A program made the translations under genes and the position numbers. This document shows positions 1-11,379 of a stretch of DNA of 64,000 nt, piece by piece (the first letter of the stretch is position 1; every line of letters begins with the position of its first letter). The stretch lies in NCBI GenBank assembly GCA_013265495.1, contig MU057887.1, forward strand, positions 3,383,576 to 3,447,575. Reading direction: 5' to 3'. This DNA comes from Vicugna vicugna. Taxonomy: Eukaryota. The notes under the pieces are model-generated. The model saw only the letters and a list, made by a program, of their open reading frames with translations, had not been told where the DNA came from and did not search any database.

Positions 1-109
1 ACACGGCAGGTGTGCCCGCTCTGAGCCACGCTGAGAGACAGAGGTGCGTCCACCAGCGGGAAACCAGGATGCAGCGGGCCGGGCAGAGGCGGTGGGGAGG
101 AGTCTCCAC

Positions 110-250
110 GGGCCCAGACGGATGCTGGCCGTGGCCCTGAGCCGCAGTTCCTCCAGCTGCAAAATGGGAGTGGCTGTCTGATACAAGGGGTTACCGGGCG
201 AGAAGCTGGGGAAACGGTCCACTGGGGGCCTGGGACAGACAGGTGCAAGG
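110..250 (+). mobile_element. MIR SINE relic (GC-shifted)
   Basis: ccctgagccgcagttcctccagctgcaaaatggg resembles the MIR core ctctgagcctcagtttcctcatctgtaaaatggg; it is followed by ...gcctgggacagacaggtgc, like the MIR tail. Confidence 0.5.
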
Positions 251-3234
251 TCTTAGCCTCCGCAGGGCTGACCACAGACCTCCAGCGGCTGACGCTGAGC
301 AGGAAACGGGGACTGAGCGGTGTTCCTCTGCGTCTGAGGCCTGGAAGCGGAGGGCGTGGTTTCAAGCGGCTGGAACCTTCCCTGCAGACCTGAACCCTCA
401 GCCCAGACGCCAGGCCTGGAAGAGAAGGCTCCAGAGTCACCTTGGACAGAGGGCACCTCCAGGGACGGCAGAGGAGCGGGCGCTGTGGGCCGACCCTCAT
501 CTCCGCACCAGGATGGCGGGAGGGGACCCCGGTGCCCCTCACCCAGGAGGCCGGAGGGCAGAGGGGCGCGGGGGTGCTCTCTGCAGGGGTGGGGGCCAAG
601 GGGCACACGGCTCAGCCAGAGACTGGGCGCCTGTGGGGACGAGGGGCGGGGAGGGGAGAGGAAGGCCCCGGGGGCAGAGAGGGCCCTCAGGGCCCAGGAG
701 AGGCCCCACAGGGTGGTGGGGGGAGCAGCCTTCGGACGTCCAGGTGAAACTTTGACCCTCAACACGCAGGCTCCTCGCCATCGTCACCTGGCGGCAGGCT
801 TTCTCTCACTGTGAACAGTCGCCTTGGGGTGAGGACTGTCCCCTCGGCACTGCTGAGACTGGGGTCGTGTCACTCCCGGTGGGGGGACCGTGCTGTGCAC
901 CCCAAGGTGATGAGCTGCACCCCTGGGCTCCTGCCCCTCGGTCGTGGCCATTGCGTGTTGCCCTGGCGGGTGGCCGGTTCAGACCCGCTGCTCCAAATTC
1001 AAACTCTCGAGCGGGCACCCCAGGCCCCCGGGCCTAGTGCAGAGCTGGCGTCCCCGCATCTGCCGGGGATGTGCGAGGGCCCCGCAGCGTGGATTTCAGA
1101 GTCTCACGTAGCCTGCCAGGGACCTCTCGCTGCAGGCACAGCACATCCGTCACTTCGTCTGAGACACGGAAATTGAAAGATGTAAATCTTGGTGGCACTT
1201 TGTGAAAATCCAGACACAGCCGCCGAGAGGGACCTGCTCACAGGACAGAGGATCCTAGTGTCTCTACTTTATTACACTTTGAGGAGAGCCCCAAGCCCCT
1301 CCCCAGCCCCAGGCTGGCTCAGCTCTCTCGGGACGCCCGCTGCTCTTGGCCACGGCTGCTCCTGTCTGCGTGGCCCATCCCCCTAGATGCTGCCCGGGGA
1401 GGGAGACTCGGGAGATAGTCAGCACCCCCAAGCTGTGAGCAGGTTCCGGGCAGTGGGGAGGGGCTCTCAGAGCTAAACGGGCGTCGGGGACCTCGTGCAG
1501 ATGGCGTCCGAGGAGGGGCGGGAGCCCCGCGGCCCTGTCCTCATTTCCACTGCTCTGATCTGCGCTTTGATTAGCTCTCCACTCCCTCCATCTGCCTGGA
1601 TCTGTCGGTATTAACTCACAACACATTCCCTTGTGCCCTGCTCCCAGTTGCTCCTCCACCAGGCGAGTTCTGACGAGTCCCCTCCGACGTCACCATCACA
1701 GCGTGTACCCTGCCATCCACACTTGAGACGCGGGGGTGGGCCCGGTCCCCCAGCCAGGCATCCCCTCTGTTGTTTCCTGAACTTACTCTCCAAACCAAAA
1801 ACAGGTGTTTCCAGAAACTCCACGAGCATCCAACTGGGGACTAAAGGACTCAATTTGCCTAAAAACCACAACAGACATGCGGTGCCTGACAGAGACCAGT
1901 CCCGGGGAATGCGGGCGAGGGCCCAGGTGGCGGCCGGAGGGACTGGGGTGGGGGGACACCGTGGCGCCCACCTGCTCCACACGGGCACTGCCAGGCACTC
2001 CTCTCGGTGAGGTCACGTCTCTGGACGCTGGCCCCTCCACTCCGTCCCGGGGGCTGCGTCTCCGTGGTTCTGTCCCCTCCCCGGGTGCACTCACGCTGCG
2101 AAACTTCAAGATGACAGGCCTGGGTCTCGCGCACGACTTACAAGCGCCTTCCTGAGTAAGAACACACCCGCTCCCAGAGGACAGCCCGCATGGCAACCCC
2201 GGCGCGAAGTTTCAGCTCAGCCAAGACCCGTTTTTCACTACCCTTCCTCCAGAAGAGCAAAGACACAGACACTCCAGGAGCGCTCTGAGTGCTGAACCTC
2301 GATCATTCACACAGTCAAAAACACACAGTTTCGCACTGCCAGCCGATCGTCTGGTTCCTTGCTCTGAATCATTGTGCAGGCCCATCCTGCCGGCTTGCTG
2401 GAATCCAGTCACAGTCAGCTTGCAGAGGGCTCTGGCTTGTCCGCCTCTTGAGATTGACAGACATCTGTGTTTTAAAAACAGCTTTCACTTCTCGGCAGGA
2501 TTTTTTAAATCTTAAAATGGGGTTGTAACCCCAGCAAAATGCTGAATGCAGACAACGGCTCAGCGGCCCCCAGGACCTGACTCCAAGGGTTTCCGTGGAC
2601 AAGGCCCTGCCCGCTGGGCTTCCAGCCCAGCAAGGCCACCCTGAGCCCTGCCCAAGGGCCAGGCCACCCTCCAAGGGACCTGCCAGCTCCACGACCCACC
2701 GCCCACACCCCTCCTCTCTTTGTGTTTTGGAAGCAAGACCATTTGGAAAACCCTACTTGGCCAGCCAATTTGATGCAGGAACATTCAGATATCACTTAAC
2801 AGAAACCAAATTATTCCATTTTCAAGCTTTTAAATTAATTTTACAGCAGCAACAGCAGAACAGAAACAGGTCCGCCACCTGGACAGAGGAGCTGTGGAAG
2901 CTCCAGGAGCCTTTCTCCTCCTCCGCCCCGGCAGGTGGTAGGGCCACGTGACCAGCTCTAGGCTGCGGGTCTGCAGACCCGGCACAGCCCACTTCCACAA
3001 GGAGCACTTACAGCCCACGTGACTTCCCCCGGGCTCTGCCCCTCCCCACTGCAGTCTTAGAGGCACAGGTGGACGTGGAGGCTGCAGAGTTCTGAGTCAA
3101 GGCCTGGGGGCCATTGCCTGGAGGCTCAGCAAGTCTGTAGCTGAATTTGCATGAATGAGAAGTGTCTGACCCATCAACCCATAGAGACGTGGGACTGCTC
3201 ATCACTGCAGCATAGCCCAGGCCATGCTGACTGA

Positions 3235-3415
3235 TACAAGCACTTACTGAGTCCCAGATCCTGTTCCCCAGACTCCACCCACTTCAGCTCACTTCATTGC
3301 TCCATTTTCCGGATGAGGAGGCTGAGTCCTGGAGAAGTTTGGTGAATGTTCTCAGGTCACACAGCAGAGCTCAGGCTCTTTCTATGCTTGTCTGACTCCA
3401 CAGCTGATTCTCTCA
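3235..3415 (-). mobile_element. MIR SINE relic
   Basis: ccattttccggatgaggaggctgag...gttctcaggtcacacagc...tctgactcca matches the reverse-complement MIR core. Confidence 0.7.
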
Positions 3416-3909
3416 AATCATCTGCCTTTTGGACAGGCCCCTCCAGCCCTGATGGATGCCCCGCCTTTCAACAGCACTCCTGCAACACTTTTTTCAAATG
3501 CGACCCAGTTCCTAAGCCTCACTGACCCCAGAGCTGCCCAGGACATCCTCCTGACTCCCCCAAGACAATCCCCACCAGCCCCACTCACTCCTGGTTGGCT
3601 CTGTGCCATTGACATCTCAAGAGGCGAAGACCCTACTAATTCCTCAGAAACTATGAAGTCCAGCCACACAGGGACACCTAACTGAAGGGAGTGTTGGGAG
3701 ACCACATCCAAAGTTGAAGCCCTACCAATTCAATAGCCCTGCAATTTCCAGTTTCCTGAAGAGCCCATATCTGGCAAAATTCAATCCAATTTAGAAGACA
3801 GTAAAAGTGTGCTTGCTGACTGTAGAATTCTTTGGACACAAATCAATATCATATGGCCCATAAATATGTGACATGCTTATAAATTTGGTAGCAAAACAGA
3901 AGAATGTAT

Positions 3910-4235
3910 AAATGATTCTGATGTTGATGAAAATGATAATGATGATGATGATGATGGTGGTGATGGTGATGATGGTGGTGATGGTGATGGTGGTGATGGC
4001 AATGATGGTAATGATAGTGGTGGTGACAGTGATGATGGTGATGATGATGGTGGTTGTGATGGTGGTGATGGTGATGATGGTGGTGATGGTGGTGGTGATG
4101 ATGGTGGTGGTGATGGTGATGGTGGTGATGAGATGGTGATGGTGGTGATGGCGATATGATGATGGTGATGGTGGTGATGATGATGTGATGGTGATGCTGA
4201 TACTGTTGATGGTGACCATGGTGGTGATGGTGGTG
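3910..4235. repeat. (GAT/GGT)n imperfect trinucleotide microsatellite, ~325 bp
   Basis: Directly visible runs of gatggtgatgatggtg; explains the poly-His/Thr/Met ORFs in the track. Confidence 0.98.
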
Positions 4236-5964
4236 TGTTAATTCCATGTGCTGAGAACCACTTAGCATTTGTTACTGCATTTAGTGTGATGAAGGCACTA
4301 TTTACTTTCTTAATGTACTGATGGAGGATGTGAAGCATGACAGCTTATTTAATGTTATTTGTTTAAGGTTGCATAGCTTGACCAAGTGGTCCATCTCAAA
4401 CACAAGCTGTCTGGCTTCACATCCCCTGCTTCCACTATGGATGAGCCAACCAGGAAAGGTGGTTGGTCAGAGACACCAAATTTCAAATAATTTGTACAAT
4501 GAAAACGCAGTGATTCCCTTCTGTGTGAGGCACCTCTGAGGACACCGTTCTGAGCCAGACCCTCAAACTCTCCAGACATAGACTGTCCACTAGGCAGTGA
4601 GAGAAGCAAACAAAGGCCCCGCCACATCCGCAAAGTGAACACCCCCCACCTCCCACACGCCCTCACCAGCCCCGGCAAAGCTTTCTCTGACCCCTTGGCA
4701 CTGAGCACTTGACCTTGCCCTTCCATGCTGAATCCACAATGCTACCATTCAGCATCCGCAGCACAAAGAGGGGTCACTGTGCTGCCTCCCCGACCAGGCT
4801 GTGGGGTCCTTGAGGGAGGGCCATGCACATGTGTCTCCACGTCTCCAGGGCCCAGCACAGGCCCTCGTGTCTCCCTTCTCCCATAGGAAGCACTGACCCA
4901 GCAGCTCTGCTGGGGGGAGGGGACCATGGCAAAGGCCCCCCTGGGGCTTCTCGTTGATCCGGGGCAACAGTAATCCAGTCGCTCTGTGCTTCTCGTGATA
5001 AATGCTATGAGAAAGCTGTCACTCGCTAGGAGAGCTAATTATATCAAAGGTGAGAACACATGCTCCGAGAAGGAGACATCCAGAACGTTCATTCCTGGGG
5101 GATGTGTCAGCGTCGGCAGCAAGGAGGACCACTGAGCCAGCACGCAAAACGTTGTGAAGGAGGGGAGGAAGGACCTCAGGAGTGGGGGATAACCCTTTAG
5201 GAAGTACCCTGACCCCACCCCAAATCACAGAGATTATCCAGCAGGGACCAGAGAAGACTGATTCTTCAGGGGCCCAGGTTTTGACCACACAACACAGATT
5301 TCCATCCCACGAGATCTGGGGCATGTAGATGAGCCCCCGTGCTTCTCGTCTCCTCCCTACAAACCGGGTGCCATGATGTCCCCAACAGTGGAGACTCAAC
5401 ACGGAAATCCATCCAAGGAGCATAGCCAGCGCCTGCATATGGTCATATTTCAGAAGATAAGGAGGTGAGGGAGCAGGAAGCAGGCATCTTGACCCCACTA
5501 TGGGCTCGGCCCCAGCTTGGCTGGCCTTACTGGACAGGAGCAGCTGCACCAGTCTCTGGTGTTGCTGGACGAGACAGCTGGCGTGATGCACCAGAGAGGC
5601 CAGCACATGGAGACACACCACAGCCCCGTCCACTCCCGCGACCATGTCTCCATCTGTTTCATATTATTCCCAAAGTCACCATCAGGACCAACCCCCAGGA
5701 GAGTGTGGGCTGATAAATGGAGGTGACTTCACGGGTCAAGACTGGCACTGGAGCCGGAGTCCTCGGTGGCCTCCTGGGCGGCACAGAAAGGCACTGTGCT
5801 CAGCCCGAGTGTCCACTCTGACACGCGGCACCCCACGTGGCTCTGCTTTGTCCCATGATGATTAGAAATGGATCAGGGGAAGGGGAAACACGCTTACTTC
5901 GGGGCCAGAAAGACAAGGCTGTGGATGTGGGCTCCATCCCACGCCTGTTGGACGAGTTTTGTTC

Positions 5965-6200
5965 TCTCCTCTGTCCACGTAATGATCCACAGATATTAAT
6001 GGAGCAAACAGTGCACGTCAGTCCAGCACTGGCCAGTACACAAGACAGAAATGGCCCAGCCCTGGAGGACGCACAGCCCCGGCAGGGGCCATGCAGTGAC
6101 CCAACAGCAAGCAATGCGATGAGCACGCCCCCCGGCGGGGCTGAGCCCTGCTCCTAGAGGAAACCTGATGTTCGCTGGGTGCACAGAAGCTAAGAAGGCG
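5965..6200 (-). mobile_element. L2 LINE 3' end relic
   Basis: atccacagatattaatggagcaaacagtgcacgtcag...cacaagacagaaatggcccagccctggaggacgcacagcc resembles the reverse L2 tail (caacaaatatttattgagcacc...aagacagacacggtccctgccctcatggagcttacagtc). Confidence 0.55.
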
Positions 6201-6499
6201 GGGGAAGGTCAGGGCGAAATAGACGAAGACCCCGCCGGGGGAGCTGGGAATCCGAGGGACTGAACAGCAGGCGACAAGGGCGAGCGAGGCCAGAGAGAAC
6301 AGCAGGGCTGTCGGTGCTGTTGGTAGAACAGAGCAGAGGAGGGGGCTTGGTGGAGGGGAGAGAAAAATGAATTCAAGGGTCAGGTTTTATTTGAACATGC
6401 TCCCTCCACCCGCAGTGAGGAGACTGGACTTGAAAGATGCGAGACACATCACCACTAATGAATATGCACACTGAAGACAAGGCCACAAGTCTTCCTCCC

Positions 6500-6862
6500 C
6501 CCAGCCACCCCACCTCCCCAGCCAGCCTGCAGCACAGGTGGCCCCATAACCAGCTCTGGTTACTGGGACCTGAAGGCAAGTCTACAGGGATCTTCCAGAG
6601 AGCACTGATTGCCTGTTTTTCTGAGGAAAGACCTAGAGGGAGCCCAGGCTGCCTCCTCCCTCCTGGAACATGGCTGTGATGCCTGGTGGTGTGGCAGCCA
6701 TCTTACCACCATGAAGCTGCCAGCAAGAGGAAAACACGAGAGCAGATCAGGAAGAGAGAAAGGGTGGGTCCCTTATCCTGTGGGACCCCCAGATGCCTTG
6801 GTTGCCTAAGTCCTTGCTATTCAAGCTGTCTGTTCTTGAGGGAAAGTGCTCACTAACTGATT
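6500..6862 (+). mobile_element. ERVL-MaLR LTR, MLT1I/J/K-like
   Basis: gtgatgcctggtggtgtggcagccatcttaccaccatgaag and the terminal ...gaaagtgctcactaactgat are typical of old MLT1 LTRs. Confidence 0.7.
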
Positions 6863-6875
6863 TAAGCCTTTCCTC

Positions 6876-7344
6876 TGCCAACAGAAATAAATGGACACAA
6901 AGTGAGAGCTGTGAGTCTCAGTGTTGTTTGAGGACGTCCTGAGGACTACAGCCCGGGAGGCAGCATCTCAGAAAGCTCTGAGCAATGGCTCCAAAGAGGT
7001 GGGGGAGGTCAGCAGACAGTGATTTTGGAGAAGGGGGATTCATGGAACCACACACACACATCTTGGCGGAAGGTCGCTGCTAGCCTCCAGGAACAGACAC
7101 CTTGGCTAAAGATCTCAGTGCTTGTTTAAGTATGGGAAGATGCAAGAGCTGGAGTTCATAAAATCTTCTCCTGAAAATACCCAACTGTCTGAAGGCCTGA
7201 TCTGCCAGTGTTCCCAGGGCACAGAGCCTCATTCCCGCCCTCCACCCCGAGCTCCTTCCAGCGTGTGTTGAAGGTCAGCAAATGCGATGACCACTGACCT
7301 AGCCCTTGTAGCGCCGGCTGGCTAGTGGCGTTCTGTAGTTGGCA
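6876..7344 (-). mobile_element. Solo ERV1 LTR, MER41-like (laurasiatherian type)
   Basis: Perfect 7-bp terminal inverted repeat TGCCAAC...GTTGGCA; near-TSD cctc/cttc; gaggactacagcccgggaggcagcatctcagaaagctctgag matches MER41-like consensus. Confidence 0.8.
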
Positions 7345-7508
7345 CTTCCAGTGGGCCAAATAAGGTCACAAAGGGCTCCCTCGTGCCTTCCCTGAGGACT
7401 CGACTGGGCCCCTTCAGCCTGCCCGCTGCTGCGTTCCTGGAAGCTGCTGGACACAGAGGTGGCCGGGGTTCAGGCAGGCAGGCACCCCTAAGACAGCATA
7501 CCCCCAGT

Positions 7509-7658
7509 CAGCTTTCTCTCCAGGGTGACTGTGCTCCAGGGGCCGTGGGGCAGTGTCTGCAGACACTTCTCACTGTCGACTGAGAGGTGACCCTGGCATC
7601 CAGTGGGTAGAGGCCAGGGCCGCCTCCACCCCAACGGTCACAGTGCCGAGAAGCCCGG
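7509..7658 (+). mobile_element. MER20 (hAT-Charlie) DNA transposon relic
   Basis: ggcagtgtctgcagacac...ctggcatccagtgggtagaggccaggg...cagtgccgagaagccc matches MER20 with an internal deletion. Confidence 0.8.
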
Positions 7659-7692
7659 CCCTAAATTATGTAGGTGAGGCACTGCATGGTGC

Positions 7693-7990
7693 TGAGACAG
7701 GAGGGCGGAGGCTGGTGGCAGCCAGTAAAAGAGTGGCACAGCCACTGAGGACACAACAGAAACTGGCTGCAACCAAGACGGCGGGAGAGTCAGCTCCCGG
7801 CAGACCCTGACCTTCATTATACGCTCACTGTAATGTATCAGCCGCTCAGTGGCACTCCCACACGCGCCACGACCGCTTCAAGGCTGCCCACAAAAGGCCG
7901 GAACGCAGGCGAGGGCACAATTCCTGGAGATCCCCGACCCTTCTCCAAAACAGCTGGAATGATCCTCCCACGTGTTAACCTATAAAACAG
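7693..7990 (+). mobile_element. ERV1-class LTR, U3 portion (3'-truncated)
   Basis: Starts TGAGACAGG; has caattcctggagatccccgacccttctccaaaacagctggaatgatcctcccac and TATAAAA at 7981; homologous to the reverse complement of 10049-10554. Confidence 0.7.
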
Positions 7991-8539
7991 CCGCCCGGAA
8001 AGAAGAGCTGTTTCCCAGCCCCCAAGACAAAACCCTGCTCTGTGGGGACGGTACCTGGCGCCCGGCAGGCCCTGGGTGGGCTCGGAGTTGAGAAGCAATG
8101 TGAGTTCCTCACCGCGTCCATGCAGAGAAGGGTCCCGGCCTGAGCAATCTGCTGGCTAGTCAGTGAGGCGGCCTGAGGCGGTGACTATTTCAAACACCGA
8201 ATCAGGGACTCCCCAGATCTGCCCTGTCCCTCACGTTTCCTTAATTTAAAGAAAGAAGGTGATGTCATTAACCAAAACCTATGCACATGTTCCCAGAGGA
8301 CCGCTCTGCGAGGCCCCTGTGGCCCAGCCGGCAGCCCCGCCGGAATAGAGCCACAGCCCTGGGCCTCCCGGCGCTCCCGGAACCTGCTGTCCTGTCACCC
8401 AGCGAGCCTGTGAACAGGAACAAAAGGAAACACTAAACTGTGGTCTCGGGGGGGCTGGCGTGTACTGGGGCGCTTCAGAGATGAGATCTCAGAACGTGAG
8501 AGGTCGGCGGAGACTGCCGGGGACTCCACACGCAGAACG

Positions 8540-9430
8540 TGTCAGGATTGTATTACCATTTGGCCATTGATGTTTCACAGGTCCTTTGCCTTCACAATTA
8601 CTCATAATTCCATTTTGGAATCATTAGGGAAAGGAATGGATTTTGACTCAGTTACAGCAGAGACATGACATCTTTGTCAACAGAGATGGCTGATAAATTG
8701 CACGTGCGTCTCCGTAGCCTCTCTGAGCGTGAGGAACCATCTGCTTCGTGCCTGCACGCACTCCCCTGACACCAAACTGTGACTCGACTGACGATTAGAG
8801 AGTGTAGAGTCAAGACTGCGCAATGTCTAAAGTTAAAAAAAAAAGAAAGGAAAGCCAGGCACTTTAGCACTCCCCGGCGTCCCTCACAATCCACCCCACG
8901 TCTCAGCCAGCGCACCGGAGGTCAGGCCAGCGGCTGCCGGCCACTCCGGCCCCAGTCTCTAAATCCAAGCCAGATCACACAGGCCCCGTGAACACAAGCG
9001 CTTCTGAGCCAGAGGTTCAGAGTAATTGCATCAGCGGCCCGGCCATTCCAAATGTTTGGGGATCCGGGATAAATGAAAAAGAGACGGCCTGCAAAGCGAT
9101 CCCCTGCGCTCCATTCGGGCTGTGCTGAGCCGGCCGTTTCATCTGCGTGACTTAGCAGAAGGAAGTTTGCACTGATGTGTAAATAGTAATGCAAGTAGCT
9201 TCCGCTGGAAAACAAAGGCGGGCGGGAGAGCCCCGTCATATTTCACAGCCCTTTGATGACAGTGGCTGCTGTCAGAAAACACAACAGCAATTATCCTGGA
9301 CCCACAATTTGAATAGCTCTGCCGCGAGGGCTTCAGGAATAACGCCGAACAATGGAGTTACACCGTCCTTTGCATACGGCGTTCTCATCTGAAGGTGCGC
9401 TCTGAGTTTACTGGGCACTTTTATCAGCCC
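8540..9430. promoter_or_regulatory. Candidate conserved enhancer cluster (two AT-richer non-repeat blocks, ~8540-8720 and ~9000-9430)
   Basis: No repeat similarity recognised; AP-1 TGACTCA 8644, ARE-like GTGACTTAGCA 9147, FOX TGTAAATA 9178, SOX AACAAAG 9211 and AACAATG 9348, TCF/LEF CCTTTGATG 9250, inverted TGACAG/CTGTCA 9257-9274. Confidence 0.45.
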
Positions 9431-10048
9431 TCGGTGACTGACTTCTGGAGGTCTGGCATGCGCGTCTTGTAGAGGGAGGGAAGGGCCTTCAGCAGAGAGG
9501 ACTCTGAGGGCATGAAGATAACGGTACCACTCTTTCAGAGGCTGCAGGGAAGGACGATCCTGAGTGCACACGTTGATGGTGTTAGGGGACACAGGAGATG
9601 TCCCCGGCATGCTCAAAACTCGGGGGGAGACCAGACGACCCCGGCACCTCTTTGGCACAACTCCGCGAGGGGCCCTGTGGGTCTGGCTGCATGGAAGGCT
9701 CTGTGGAGCCAAGCACGGGGGAGGCTCTGGTGTGATGAACACGTCACTTCAAACTTGTGCTCTTGACCTACTTCCCGTGCCAGCTGCTGGTGGGAGGTGG
9801 CAGATAAAGACACGCCACCTCAGTGCGCCTCGGAGCCCGGCTCCTCGGCGTGCGCCGCACAGACCCACAGCCCAGCACGGCCAGGAGCCTGCCGGAGCCG
9901 CGCAGGCTCGGGCCTCTGGGTCGGACCTGCCGAACCAGGCCCTGCACGGAAGGAAGTCCAGGTGGTCGAGGAGCACTGCTCTACACTAGCGAAAGCTGCA
10001 GTGTTACCAGAAATGAGAAACACGTCTTCCTGACGTAGGAGAAAGAAG

Positions 10049-10554
10049 TGTCACATCCTGGGACGCGCATGAGTCCCTGGGACGGGTGCCAAGGGGGTGC
10101 CTCCTGAGGAAAGAATTCAAGAGTGAGCTGAGGCGGAGTGAAAGCAGATTTATTCAAAGGGATGCACAGCCAGAGACAGAGTGGGGACCGTCCCAGAGAC
10201 AGAGTGTGGACCGTCCCAGGGCGGGGGGCCCGGCCCGGGGCTGTCAGCGTCTGAGGTCTGGGGAATGTCGCTCGCTAGTGAGCCAGAGGGGCATTCCTGC
10301 TGTTCTGGGGGAGGGGCTGGGCTGCTGCCCACATTTGGGTCCTTTGTGGTCATCCCTGGAACTGTCATGGTGCCTGTCCTGCGGGAGGGGAATAAGTTTC
10401 AGTATTAAAATGAAGGAACGATGCGTCGATGACCAGATCATGCTTGGCGCCACCTTTAACTGGCTCCAGCCAATTGGTGTCATAGCCTGCTTCTCTCAGT
10501 GACTGTGCCCCCCTCCTCATTTTTTGAACAGTGGTGCCCTCCCTTCCTGTCTCA
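10049..10554 (-). mobile_element. Solo ERV1-class LTR
   Basis: Ends cccttcctgtctca (TGAGACAGG on minus); gaaagaattcaagagtgagc...gtgaaagcagatttattc carries a minus-strand AATAAA at ~10149; internal 23-bp tandem duplication cagagacagagtg(g/t)ggaccgtcc at 10171-10216. Confidence 0.75.
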
Positions 10555-11379
10555 TACCTGGAATCCTGTCTCCCATATGGGCACATTTGGGTACGTCTTT
10601 GAGCTCCGAGTCTGATGACAGAATATTTATTCTCACTACGTCCGATGAAACCTGATATTTTCTGTTCCGCTCCATTTCCTGCTGTTTGACTTTAAAATAC
10701 CAGTCACAACCCGCCACACGGGCCTCATGATCAAATCCTGGTAACCGTGGTTTTACAAGCTGCGCTCTGAAATTTATTCTGGCAGCATGAATATCTGGGT
10801 TGCCTCCTGAAGAAAAAGTCCAGACAAAATCATTTTTATAATGTGTTAAGTGCATCCATGGAGAGACAAAAAGCAGGCCATCCCTGAGCCGAGCGGGGAC
10901 AAGGACAAGAGAGGTGGACAGAGCACTAGAGACGGTCTTCACCTTGAGGTCGTCTGTGGTGAACTTGAACTTCAATATTCATGGCCTCTCAAACGAAAGC
11001 AAAGCCCAGAACCTTCCTGAGGTGGGAACACTCCAAGGGCCCCCCGGGGAACACCTCTCAGAACACGGGGCAAAGACAGACAACGCCGCCGCCAGTCCCC
11101 CGGGAGACAGCGTGGGGGAGCGCCGGGCCCCGCACTGGTGCCAGGAGAGGAAGTTCTCCTCTCGGGATTCTTAACCAAAAGCCACTCCGACGTGGATTAT
11201 CAACCCTCCTCATACTCACTGTGTGATCCAAATAAAATGTCAGCCCAGCATCCAGTGGAGAGAGGTCCTGGAAGGCCTCACGCTCCAAATCCCGAAAGAC
11301 TCAAACCCAGATCCGCGCTGGCAGCAGCCGTGGGCACCCAGGGCTAAGGGACGTTTCACAGGGAGAGCTTCCGGGGCAG

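Noticed and set aside
3791..4338. Poly-His, poly-Thr/Ile and poly-Met/Val ORFs
   Set aside because: They are translations of the (GAT/GGT)n microsatellite.
4400..5720. Possible processed pseudogene or ERV internal sequence
   Set aside because: The sequence is moderately GC and CpG-poor, but no frame gave a protein or retroviral motif I could recognise; a BLASTX/nhmmer search would be needed.
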